26,597 nt of DNA from Patescibacteria group bacterium (GCA_038078655.1 JBBTVT010000049.1:1-26597), one strand, 5' to 3'; counted from the first letter of the stretch, positions 1 through 8,341 are shown. A program made the numbers and translations. The notes: generated by a model not told the origin, from the sequence alone.

Positions 1-450
1 TTTCTAAAATTGGTAAAAATTCTTTAGATTTTTCTTGTTCATTTAAAGCAATGGCAATTTCTTGTTTGACTATATAATCTTCATCTTTAATCAATTCTTT
101 TAATCTTGGTAAGATTTCTTCTGAATTTTTTGTTTCAAAAATAGTTTTTATACAAATTGGAATTGTTGCTAATCTAACATCGCGATTTTTATCTTCAATC
201 AATTTTTCTAAAATTAATAAAAATTCTTCGAGATTTTTCTGTTCATTTAAAGCAATGGCGATTTTTTGTCTAACTCTCCAATTTTTATCTTCAATCAATT
301 TTTCTAAAATTAATAAGATTCCTTTTGAATTTTTTATTTCAAAAATAGTTTTTATATAAATTGAAATTGCTTCTATTTTAATATCAAAATCTTCATCTTC
401 AATCAATTTTTCCAAAATTGATAAGATTTCTTCTGGATTTTTTGTTTCTT
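1..450. repeat. Intragenic tandem repeat, 204-nt higher-order unit (96 + 108 nt subunits)
   Basis: GTTCATTTAAAGCAATGGC at 37 and 241; TTTCTAAAATT-like anchors at 1, 205, 301 and 409. Confidence 0.8.
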
Positions 451-697
451 TAAAAAAAATTTTAAAATTTTTATTTAACAAATATAAACCAGCATTTTTT
501 TTAACAAAATCATCGCTCTTTAAAAGTTCTAATATTTTTTCTGAATCTATTTTTTCTCCCTCGTTTTTAATCATTTGTATTGCATCAATTCTTTCTTTGT
601 CTATACAAAAACAAAAAGACGGTTTTATTTCTGTAGGATATTCTTCTCGTTTTTCACGAATTTCACTAAAATTAAAATGATTAGGATGCTCAATCAT
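1..697 (-). CDS. HEAT-repeat (alpha-solenoid) protein, partial; runs off the left edge
   Basis: Manually translated open frame from ATG at 697: MIEHPNHF...ILSILEKLIEDEDFDIKIEAI...ILLILEKLIEDKNWRVRQKIAIAL...FLLILEKLIEDKNRDVRLATI...ILPRLKELIKDEDYIVKQEIAIAL. This is the L-xx-L-xx-D-xxxx-VR-xx-A pattern of HEAT repeats. Not in the ORF track because there is no stop in the window. Confidence 0.8.
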   Translation of the reverse strand, partial: MIEHPNHFNFSEIREKREEYPTEIKPSFCFCIDKERIDAIQMIKNEGEKIDSEKILELLKSDDFVKKNAGLYLLNKNFKIFFKETKNPEEILSILEKLIEDEDFDIKIEAISIYIKTIFEIKNSKGILLILEKLIEDKNWRVRQKIAIALNEQKNLEEFLLILEKLIEDKNRDVRLATIPICIKTIFETKNSEEILPRLKELIKDEDYIVKQEIAIALNEQEKSKEFLPILE

Positions 698-749
698 AAA
701 AAAAATTAAAAATCAATGTCAAAAATTAAGTGTAATTTTGTATAAAAAA

Positions 750-1991
750 CTAAATTTTTTTGTAAAGTGGATATTTTTTAGTTAATTCTTTTATTTTTTT
801 TCTCACTTCTTTTTTTATTGTTTCATTATTTTTATTATGAACAATTTTTGTAATCAGTTCCCCAACAATTTCCATATCCTCTTCTTTAAATCCTCTCGTT
901 GTCAAAGCTGGAGTGCCCAAACGAATACCACTAGGATCCATCGGGCTTCTTAAATCATCTGGAATCATATTTTTATTTACAGCAATACCCACCTCATCTA
1001 ATAAATTTTGAGCTTCTTTGCCAGAAAGATTTTTTACAGTAATGTCCGTTAAAATTAAATGATTTTCTGTTTTATTAAATACAATTTTAAAATCATTTTC
1101 TTTAAGCTTAGCGCATAAAGTTTTTGCATTTTTAATCACTTGTTTTGCATATTCCTTAAATTCTAAAGTCATCGCTTCTTTAAAACAAACAGCTTTAGCT
1201 GCAATATTATTTTCATGCGGTCCACCTTGAAATCCAGGAAAAACAGCCTTGTCTATCATCTTCGCATATTTTTTCTTACAAAAAATCATTCCTCCTCTAG
1301 GACCACGCAAAGTTTTATGTGTTGTTGTTGTCACTACATCAAAAATTGGAACTGGATTATTTAATTCTCCAGCAGCAATTAATCCAGCAATATGAGCAAT
1401 ATCTGCCATTGTAATGGCTCCCACCTCATCAGCAATTTTTTTAAATTCTTGATAATCCAAATCGCGAGAATAAGCGGAAAACCCAGCCAAAATTATTTTT
1501 GGTTTTGACTTAATCGCCATTTCTCGAACATTATTCATATCAATTTTCCCAGTTTTTAAATCAGTTTTATAACGAACAAAATTATAAATTTGTGACATAT
1601 ATGTCACAGGATGCCCATGACTCAAATGTCCGCCATGAGAAAGATCCATTCCCAAAACTGTATCACCTGGTCGCAAAAATGCAGAATAAACAGCAATATT
1701 TGCTGGCGCTCCAGAAAGAGGTTGAACATTAACATGCTCTGCATCAAAAAGCTTTTTAGCTCGTTCAATCGCTAAACTTTCAACGATATCCACAAATTCC
1801 ATTCCACCATAATATCTTTCTTTTGGATAACCTTCTGAATACTTATTAGTTAAAACCGAACCAAGCGCTTCAAGAACAGCGCGACTTACAAAATTTTCCG
1901 AAGGAATTAATTCTAATCCATTTCTTTGTCGTTTTAACTCCCCTTCTATTGCCTTAGCAATTTCTGAATCAACTTGATTTAAAATAGACAT
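750..1991 (-). CDS. glyA: Serine hydroxymethyltransferase
   Basis: LELIPSENF, NKYSEGYP, GGHLSHG and the PLP-lysine motif TTTTHKTLRGPRGG; 413 aa. Confidence 0.98.
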   Translation of the reverse strand: MSILNQVDSEIAKAIEGELKRQRNGLELIPSENFVSRAVLEALGSVLTNKYSEGYPKERYYGGMEFVDIVESLAIERAKKLFDAEHVNVQPLSGAPANIAVYSAFLRPGDTVLGMDLSHGGHLSHGHPVTYMSQIYNFVRYKTDLKTGKIDMNNVREMAIKSKPKIILAGFSAYSRDLDYQEFKKIADEVGAITMADIAHIAGLIAAGELNNPVPIFDVVTTTTHKTLRGPRGGMIFCKKKYAKMIDKAVFPGFQGGPHENNIAAKAVCFKEAMTLEFKEYAKQVIKNAKTLCAKLKENDFKIVFNKTENHLILTDITVKNLSGKEAQNLLDEVGIAVNKNMIPDDLRSPMDPSGIRLGTPALTTRGFKEEDMEIVGELITKIVHNKNNETIKKEVRKKIKELTKKYPLYKKI

Positions 1992-2056
1992 AAAAAAAAT
2001 ATAACTTTAATATAAGTATGATATTCTAAAAAAAATAATTTTGCAATCTAAAAAAT

Positions 2057-2085
2057 TTGACATATTGTTTAACAAACAATAATAT
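2057..2085 (+). promoter_or_regulatory. Putative sigma70-type promoter for the 99-aa gene
   Basis: TTGACA (2057-2062), 17-nt spacer, TAATAT (2080-2085), in the divergent glyA intergenic region. Confidence 0.45.
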
Positions 2086-2144
2086 TTAAACACTTTTAAA
2101 TTAATTTTTTATCTTTTTTTACGAAGATAAAATGGAGAAAAAAT

Positions 2145-2444
2145 ATGTTTGGCCAAAATGCATTGCAAAATATTTTAAAACAAAATTTAGTAAAAATACT
2201 AGGGATAGAAAAAATGCCAGAAGAGCAAAAAAATACTATCGTTGAAAAAGCAATAGAAATTATTCAAAAAAAAATAGCTAGCAGAGTTATGGAAGAATTA
2301 AAAGATGAAGATAAAAATGAGTTTATAAAAATTTCCGAAGGAAAAAATCAAATGGCAATTGCTATTTTTTTACAAAAGAAAATTCCAAATCTAAATAAAA
2401 TTTTTATGGAAGAAATGACAAAAATTAAACAAGAATTAATTTAG
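2145..2444 (+). CDS. Small helical hypothetical protein (resembles the CPR-associated DUF5663-type family)
   Basis: 99-aa ORF with GGAG upstream and amphipathic helical character. The family assignment is from memory and unverified. Confidence 0.6.
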   Translation: MFGQNALQNILKQNLVKILGIEKMPEEQKNTIVEKAIEIIQKKIASRVMEELKDEDKNEFIKISEGKNQMAIAIFLQKKIPNLNKIFMEEMTKIKQELI

Positions 2445-2502
2445 AATAAAATCATTGATTAACTTTTTTGTAAAAAATTTATTTATTCCACAATACAAAT
2501 CA

Positions 2503-2530
2503 TTGACATTTTGAAAAAATTTTTTACAAT
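2503..2530 (+). promoter_or_regulatory. Putative sigma70-type promoter for khpA
   Basis: TTGACA (2503-2508), 16-nt spacer, TACAAT (2525-2530). Confidence 0.6.
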
Positions 2531-2655
2531 AAATTATATAAAAAAAATAAATAGCAAACTGGTTTTTATTTTAACAAAGGTCGACAGTTATTGTGGCTAT
2601 TTAAATTAAATAATTATTCAATTTTGAATAATCTTAGATGTTTAAGAAAAAATAT

Positions 2656-2982
2656 ATGACAATGTCAGATCAATTATTCGTAGAAACTATCGTTAAAGCT
2701 TTGGTAAATAAACCAGAAGCGGTTAGCGTAGAAAGAACAGTTGACGAAATGGGAGTTTTGCTTACTTTAAAAGTTGATTCAGAAGACACTGGACAAATTA
2801 TTGGACGCTCCGGTCAAACAATTCAAGCTATCCGCACATTATTAAGAATTGTTGGAGCAAAAAATAATGCCAGAGTTAATTTAAAGCTTTATCAACCAGA
2901 AGGTTCAGAACGTCCATATAGAAAAGAAACAAGAGATGATAAAGCAACCAACGTTAACGATATGGATGATTTTAAGATATAA
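2656..2982 (+). CDS. khpA: KH-domain RNA-binding protein (KhpA/YlqC family) with acidic C-terminal tail
   Basis: VKALVNKPEAVSVER...GQIIGRSGQTIQAIRTLL with an intact GxxG loop; lies upstream of trmD. The start could be 2638, 2656 or 2662. Confidence 0.9.
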   Translation: MTMSDQLFVETIVKALVNKPEAVSVERTVDEMGVLLTLKVDSEDTGQIIGRSGQTIQAIRTLLRIVGAKNNARVNLKLYQPEGSERPYRKETRDDKATNVNDMDDFKI

Positions 2983-3006
2983 AAATTATCTCAAAATTAT
3001 TTACAT

Positions 3007-3054
3007 AAAACAAAAATCGCGATATAATTTATTTAATCGCGATTTTTGTTTTTT
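3007..3054. terminator. Perfect 17-bp inverted repeat, terminator-like on both strands
   Basis: AAAACAAAAATCGCGAT (3007-3023), 12-nt loop, ATCGCGATTTTTGTTTT (3036-3052), followed by more T. Confidence 0.7.
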
Positions 3055-3065
3055 AAAAACATTTT

Positions 3066-3731
3066 ATGATTTTCAATATTCTTACAATTTTCCCTCAAAT
3101 GTTTCATTCTTATTTTAATGAAAGCATTATTAAACGCGCTCAAGAAAAAAAAATAATAAAAATCAATCTTTTAAATATTCGGGATTACGCGTTTGATAAA
3201 CATAAAACGGTTGATGCCACTCCGTATGGAGGAGGATCTGGAATGTTAATGAAGATAGAACCAATTTATCTAGCGCTCAAAGCCTCTAAATTAAAATTAA
3301 AAACGCCAAAACAAAAAATTATTTTATTAACCCCAAAAGGTAAAAGATTTAATCAAAGAATGGCTGAACGACTGTCTAAATTAGACCAAATAACATTTAT
3401 TTGCGGTCGATATGAAGGGGTTGATGAAAGAATAAATAAATCAATTGATGAAAAAATTTCCATTGGCGATTATATTTTAACAGGAGGAGAAATTCCAGCA
3501 ATGTCTATTGTTGACACTATAGCCCGCCTGTTGCCAGGAGTTTTGGGAAATGATCAATCAAATAAAATTGAAACATTTTCAAAAGAAAATTTTTTAGAAT
3601 ATCCTCAATATACACGCCCAGAAATATTTAAAATGAATGGAAAAAAAATTCACGTTCCAAAAATTCTTTTATCTGGCAACCATAAAAAAATTGACGAATG
3701 GAGAAAGAAAAAAAGTATGTCATTAAATTAA
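3066..3731 (+). CDS. trmD: tRNA (guanine-N1)-methyltransferase
   Basis: FNILTIFPQMF, VDATPYGGGSGMLM, CGRYEGVDER, SIGDYILTGGE, LEYPQYTRP, LLSGNH. Confidence 0.98.
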   Translation: MIFNILTIFPQMFHSYFNESIIKRAQEKKIIKINLLNIRDYAFDKHKTVDATPYGGGSGMLMKIEPIYLALKASKLKLKTPKQKIILLTPKGKRFNQRMAERLSKLDQITFICGRYEGVDERINKSIDEKISIGDYILTGGEIPAMSIVDTIARLLPGVLGNDQSNKIETFSKENFLEYPQYTRPEIFKMNGKKIHVPKILLSGNHKKIDEWRKKKSMSLN

Positions 3732-3757
3732 ATTTTAAAATATTTCAAATAAATTTT

Positions 3758-4450
3758 ATGTTGATTGGCGGACTACAAAAAGTATCTCTTATTGATTATC
3801 CTGACAAAATTTGCTCAATAATTTTTACAATGGGCTGTAATTTTCAATGTAAATTTTGCTACAATCCAGAATTAGTTTTAACTAAAAAAAACCCAATAAT
3901 AAAAGAAAAAGAAATTTTTGATTTTTTAGAAAAGAAAAAAATAATAATTGATGGAGTTTGTATTACTGGCGGGGAACCAACATTGCATCAAGATCTGCCA
4001 GAATTTTTAACAAAAATAAAAGAAATGGGATTTTTAATAAAATTAGATACAAACGGCACCAACCCAAAAATGTTAAAAAAAATAATTGACAAAAAATTAG
4101 TTGATTATATTTCCATGGACATTAAGACTGCATTAGAAAAAACAAAATACGAAAAAATCGTTGATAAAAAAATAAATTTGGATAAAATTAAAAAAAGCAT
4201 TAAAATTATTCTTAATTTTCCCAATTATGAATTTAGAACTACTGTTGTGCCAACTTTAATCAAAGAAGAAGATATTATTTCTATAGCCAAACAAATTAAA
4301 GGCGCTAAAAAATATTTTTTACAACAATTTGTTCCAAGTGAAAAAATGATTGATAAAAAATACAGAAGGATAAAACCATATTCAAAAGAAATCTTGAAAA
4401 AAATGCGTCAATCAATAAAAAAATATATAAAAAAGATAACAATAAGATAA
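3758..4450 (+). CDS. Radical SAM glycyl-radical activase, anaerobic ribonucleotide reductase-activating type (NrdG-like)
   Basis: MLIGGLQKVSLIDYP N-terminus, GCNFQCKFCYNPEL (CxxxCxxC), ITGGEPTLH, KLDTNG, YEFRTTVVP. The track start at 3698 overlaps trmD; 3758 is preferred. Confidence 0.85.
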   Translation: MLIGGLQKVSLIDYPDKICSIIFTMGCNFQCKFCYNPELVLTKKNPIIKEKEIFDFLEKKKIIIDGVCITGGEPTLHQDLPEFLTKIKEMGFLIKLDTNGTNPKMLKKIIDKKLVDYISMDIKTALEKTKYEKIVDKKINLDKIKKSIKIILNFPNYEFRTTVVPTLIKEEDIISIAKQIKGAKKYFLQQFVPSEKMIDKKYRRIKPYSKEILKKMRQSIKKYIKKITIR

Positions 4451-4455
4451 ATATT

Positions 4456-5862
4456 ATGGAAAAATTATTATATAAATTTAAAAAATATATTCCCAAAAAA
4501 ATATTTAGCGCTTTGCAACCGATTTATCATTTTTTATTAAGCGCTTTAGCCGCGGTATGGTATAATTTTCCAAGCAATAAATTAATAGTTATTGGAGTTA
4601 CTGGCACTACAGGCAAAACTTCCAGCGTTTATTTAATCGCTAAAATGCTTGCGTCAGCAGGATATAAAACAGGATTTACTTCAACGGCTATATTTAATGA
4701 TGGGAAAAATGAATGGTTAAACGATAAAAAAATGACTATGGTTGGGAGATTTTTTACGCAAAAAATATTAAAAAAAATGGTAAAAAATAATTGCCAATAT
4801 GCGATAGTTGAAACCACTTCTCAGGGCATTGAACAATTTCGTCATTGTTTTATCAACTATGATATTTTAATTTTTACAGGTTTGCATTCGGAACATATTG
4901 AAGCGCATAACGGTTTTGAAAATTATAAACAAGCAAAAGGCAAATTATTCGCGCATCTAAAGCAATGCAAAACAAAATATACCGATGATAAAAAAAATAT
5001 AGTTGAAACAGAAAATAATTTTAAAAAAATTAGCGCGAACAGAGTTAAAAAAATTATTATAACTAACGGCGATGACGAACATTCTGATTTCTTTTTATCT
5101 TTTTGGGCGGAAGAAAAATGGATATACGCGAATAAAAATATAACAAACTCTAAATACAAAACAATAAAATATGATAAAATCGCAAGCAATAAAAATGGCG
5201 TAGAGTTTGTTGTTGAAAATAAAACAAAAATTAATTTAGAACTGTTGGGCGAGTATAACGCAACCAACGCGATGACAGCGGTTTGCTTAGGTTTAACTCA
5301 AAATATAAATATAGAAAATATAAAATATGGTTTAGAAAAAAACAAAACAATTCCCGGACATATGGAAATAATAAAAAATGAAAAACCAAAATTCACTATA
5401 ATAATAGATTACGCCTTTGAGCCTAAAGCTTTGGGGAAAGCGTATGATACTATATTAAAATTAGAACATACTAAAATTATTCATGTTCTTGGAGCTTGCG
5501 GCGGCGGAAGAGATACAGCTCGCAGACCAGAATTAGGGGTATTGGCCGGAGAAAATGCAGATTTTGTGATTATAACAAACGAAGATCCTTACGATGATGA
5601 TCCTAAAATAATTATTGATCAAGTCGCTGAGGGAACTAAAAATACAGGCAAAATTTTAGAAAAAGATTTATTTAAAATACTAGATCGACGCAAAGCCATA
5701 AAAAAAGCTTTGTCATTGGCAGGCGAAAATGATATAGTGCTAATTACGGGTAAGGGTTGCGAACAAGCAATCTGCGGTCCTGCAGGCGCAAAAATTCCAT
5801 GGGATGACAGAAAAATTGTCAAAGAAGAATTATTTTTTATTAATGCAACAAATTTAAAATGA
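4456..5862 (+). CDS. murE: Mur ligase, MurE-like (UDP-MurNAc-tripeptide synthetase family)
   Basis: P-loop GVTGTTGKTS, VETTSQG, NYKQAKGKLF, LLGEYNATNA, DYAFEP, GGGRDTARRP, LITGKG. No Mur N-terminal domain is evident; substrate specificity is uncertain. Confidence 0.75.
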   Translation: MEKLLYKFKKYIPKKIFSALQPIYHFLLSALAAVWYNFPSNKLIVIGVTGTTGKTSSVYLIAKMLASAGYKTGFTSTAIFNDGKNEWLNDKKMTMVGRFFTQKILKKMVKNNCQYAIVETTSQGIEQFRHCFINYDILIFTGLHSEHIEAHNGFENYKQAKGKLFAHLKQCKTKYTDDKKNIVETENNFKKISANRVKKIIITNGDDEHSDFFLSFWAEEKWIYANKNITNSKYKTIKYDKIASNKNGVEFVVENKTKINLELLGEYNATNAMTAVCLGLTQNINIENIKYGLEKNKTIPGHMEIIKNEKPKFTIIIDYAFEPKALGKAYDTILKLEHTKIIHVLGACGGGRDTARRPELGVLAGENADFVIITNEDPYDDDPKIIIDQVAEGTKNTGKILEKDLFKILDRRKAIKKALSLAGENDIVLITGKGCEQAICGPAGAKIPWDDRKIVKEELFFINATNLK

Positions 5863-6863
5863 AAAACTTATTAAACAATTTGAATGTGGAACAAAAAAAA
5901 GCAGTAATATACAAAAATGGTCCATTGCTTATTGTTGCTGGAGCAGGAACTGGAAAAACAACTGTCATTACTCATAGAATCGCCTGGCTCATTTTATCCA
6001 ACAAAATAAAACCTGAAGAAATTTTAGCTCTCACATTTACAGATAAAGCCGCAGAAGAAATGGAAGAAAGAGTAGAACAACTCTTGCCTTATGGCTATAT
6101 TGATTTATGGATTTCAACATTTCACTCATTCGCTGAAAAAATTTTACAGCAACACGCATTTAACATTGGCTTGCCAGATAATTTTAAATTATTAAATCAA
6201 GTTCAACAAAATTTTTTAATTAGACAAAATTTTAACCGATTTGATTTGGATTATTATCGCCCTCTTGGAAATCCAACAAAATTTATTCAGGCAATGATCA
6301 AACATTTTTCACGAGCCAAAGATGAAGAAATTTGGCCCGAAGATTATTTAAAATATGTAAAACAATTAGATAATAAAGAAATTGAAGAACAAGAAATAGC
6401 ACGAATAAATGAAATCGCAAATGCATACAATACATATCAACAACTTTTATTAGAAAATAGCGCGCTAGATTTTGGCGATTTAATAAATTATCTTTTAAAA
6501 TTATTTGAAAAAAGACCGCAAATTTTAGAAAAATACAGAAAACAATTTCAATATATATTGGTAGATGAATTCCAAGATACCAATTGGGCTCAATATAAAT
6601 TAATAAAACTCTTGGCCACGCCAAAAAATAATATTACTGTTTCATTTGACGACGACCAATCAATTTATAAATTTCGCGGAGCCTCAATAAGCAATGTAAT
6701 GCAATTCAAAAAAGATTTTCCAAAAGCCAAACAGGTTGTCTTAATAAAAAATTATCGTTCTAAACAAAATATTTTAAATTTAGCCTACGATTTTATTCAA
6801 TTGAATAATCCAAATCGTCTCGAATGGCAATTAAAAAATACTAAATTTTATGAAAAAAACTAA
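5859..6863 (+). CDS. UvrD/PcrA/Rep-family helicase, N-terminal part only (motifs I-IV); truncated or split
   Basis: AGAGTGKT (I), TFTDKAA (Ia), STFHSF (Ib), VDEFQDTN (II), DDDQSIYKFRGA (III), NYRS (IV). A TAA stop follows about 35 aa after motif IV. Confidence 0.85.
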   Translation: MKNLLNNLNVEQKKAVIYKNGPLLIVAGAGTGKTTVITHRIAWLILSNKIKPEEILALTFTDKAAEEMEERVEQLLPYGYIDLWISTFHSFAEKILQQHAFNIGLPDNFKLLNQVQQNFLIRQNFNRFDLDYYRPLGNPTKFIQAMIKHFSRAKDEEIWPEDYLKYVKQLDNKEIEEQEIARINEIANAYNTYQQLLLENSALDFGDLINYLLKLFEKRPQILEKYRKQFQYILVDEFQDTNWAQYKLIKLLATPKNNITVSFDDDQSIYKFRGASISNVMQFKKDFPKAKQVVLIKNYRSKQNILNLAYDFIQLNNPNRLEWQLKNTKFYEKN

Positions 6864-8328
6864 AATTGTTTGCACAATTGGCCCAGCCAGCGACCAACCT
6901 CAAATACTAAAAAAATTAATCGAGAATGGAATGAATGTAGCACGATTAAATTTTTCTCATGGCTCTTACGAAAGCAGTTTGTCTAGTTTAAAAAAGATTT
7001 GCGCTGTCGCAAAAAAAATGAATCAACCGATTGGCATCATGCAAGATTTGCAAGGTCCACGATTTAGAATCGGTTTTTTTGATTGTGGTAAAATTACCAT
7101 AAAAAACAATGAAAAAATTATTTTAATATCTGAAACTGATTTTAAAAATCAATCAAATTTATTTAAAAATAAAAAATTTATTCCATTAAAAAATATTTCT
7201 TTATATAAAAAAATAAAGTCGCAAAATATTATTTTAATAGATGATGGATTAATTTCTTTAAAGGTAATAAGTAATATTGATGAACAAATTACAACAAAGG
7301 TAATTTGTGGCGGAGATATTAAACCCAACAAGGGTATAAATTTTCCTGGGGTCGATTTGGCATTATCAGCGCTTACAGATAAAGATAAAAAGGATGCGCT
7401 TTGGGGAATAAAAAATAATGTTGATTTTATCGCCTTTTCTTTTGTGCATTCAGCGAAAGATGTTATTGAATTAAGAAATTTAATTACTGCTTCGGAAAAA
7501 AAACAATACAAGCAAACAACGCGAACAACTCGCACTAAAATAATTGCCAAAATTGAAACAATTGAAGCAATAAAAAACTTTGATGAAATTTTACACGAAG
7601 CTGATGGTATTATGGTAGCAAGAGGTGATTTAGGAATAGAAACAAATTTAGAACGTGTGCCGTTATTACAAAAAGAAATGATTGCAAAATGTAATAAATT
7701 AGGAAAAATAGTAATTGTTGCCACACAAATGTTAGAATCTATGGTAAATAATCCTATGCCAACAAGGGCTGAAGTTTCTGATGTTGCCAACGCCATTTTG
7801 GATGGCACGGATGCAGTGATGCTTTCAGCAGAATCTGCTACAGGTAAATATCCGATACAAGCAGTGTCTTTTTTAAATAAAATAGCGCGTAATATAGAAC
7901 CAATATTAATATCTAAAAAACAAAACAATAAATCAACTTTACCATTATTTTCTTTACGCGAAATTCCTCAGGCAATCAGTCTGGCTATTAATCATATTAT
8001 TTGTCAAATAAAAATAGACGCAATTGTTTGCGCCACTACATCAGGTTTTACGCCAAAATTAATTGCTCGTTTTAAACCCAATACATCAATAATAGCCCTT
8101 ACTAATATTTTAAAAACTCAAAATCAATTAAGTCTCAGTTGGGGGGTTGAATCATATTTAATACCAGATTCCTTTTATCAAACATTTGACGATTTTATCA
8201 AAAATTCTATTATTTTTTTAAAGAAAAAAAATAAAATCAAAAAAGGTCAAACAATAATTTTCACTATGGATTATCCACTCACTTTAATTGGAGAAACCAA
8301 TACAATTAAAGTGCACAAAGTTGAATAA
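6850..8328 (+). CDS. pyk: Pyruvate kinase
   Basis: KTKIVCTIGPAS, ARLNFSHG, IIAKIET, DGIMVARGDLG, ATQMLESM, PTRAEVSDVANAILDGTDAVMLSAESA. Confidence 0.98.
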   Translation: MKKTKIVCTIGPASDQPQILKKLIENGMNVARLNFSHGSYESSLSSLKKICAVAKKMNQPIGIMQDLQGPRFRIGFFDCGKITIKNNEKIILISETDFKNQSNLFKNKKFIPLKNISLYKKIKSQNIILIDDGLISLKVISNIDEQITTKVICGGDIKPNKGINFPGVDLALSALTDKDKKDALWGIKNNVDFIAFSFVHSAKDVIELRNLITASEKKQYKQTTRTTRTKIIAKIETIEAIKNFDEILHEADGIMVARGDLGIETNLERVPLLQKEMIAKCNKLGKIVIVATQMLESMVNNPMPTRAEVSDVANAILDGTDAVMLSAESATGKYPIQAVSFLNKIARNIEPILISKKQNNKSTLPLFSLREIPQAISLAINHIICQIKIDAIVCATTSGFTPKLIARFKPNTSIIALTNILKTQNQLSLSWGVESYLIPDSFYQTFDDFIKNSIIFLKKKNKIKKGQTIIFTMDYPLTLIGETNTIKVHKVE

Positions 8329-8341
8329 TTTTTTATACACT

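Noticed and set aside
1-450. Repeats at about 100-nt spacing as a possible CRISPR array
   Set aside because: The repeats are degenerate, in frame (96/108 nt) and encode HEAT units; the intervening sequences are also homologous; no cas genes.
2483-2492. DnaA-box-like TTATTCCACA
   Set aside because: Needs an insertion to fit TTATNCACA and is a single copy with no cluster or dnaA nearby.
2576-2585. AAAGGTCGAC upstream of khpA as a possible translation or regulatory motif
   Set aside because: Only one occurrence noticed and more than 50 nt from any candidate start; cannot be supported from this window.
2936-3118. 60-aa plus-strand ORF bridging khpA and trmD
   Set aside because: Overlaps both genes, runs through the inverted repeat, and has no protein-like features; no evidence for a leader peptide.
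6830-6900. Stop-codon recoding (code 25) or frameshift rescuing the truncated helicase
   Set aside because: The stop is TAA, not TGA; the other genes translate intact in code 11; the downstream sequence is unambiguous pyk, not a helicase C-terminus.
7149-7928. 259-aa antisense ORF inside pyk
   Set aside because: Fully overlaps a highly conserved gene in a shadow frame where stops are naturally scarce, and has no recognisable motifs.
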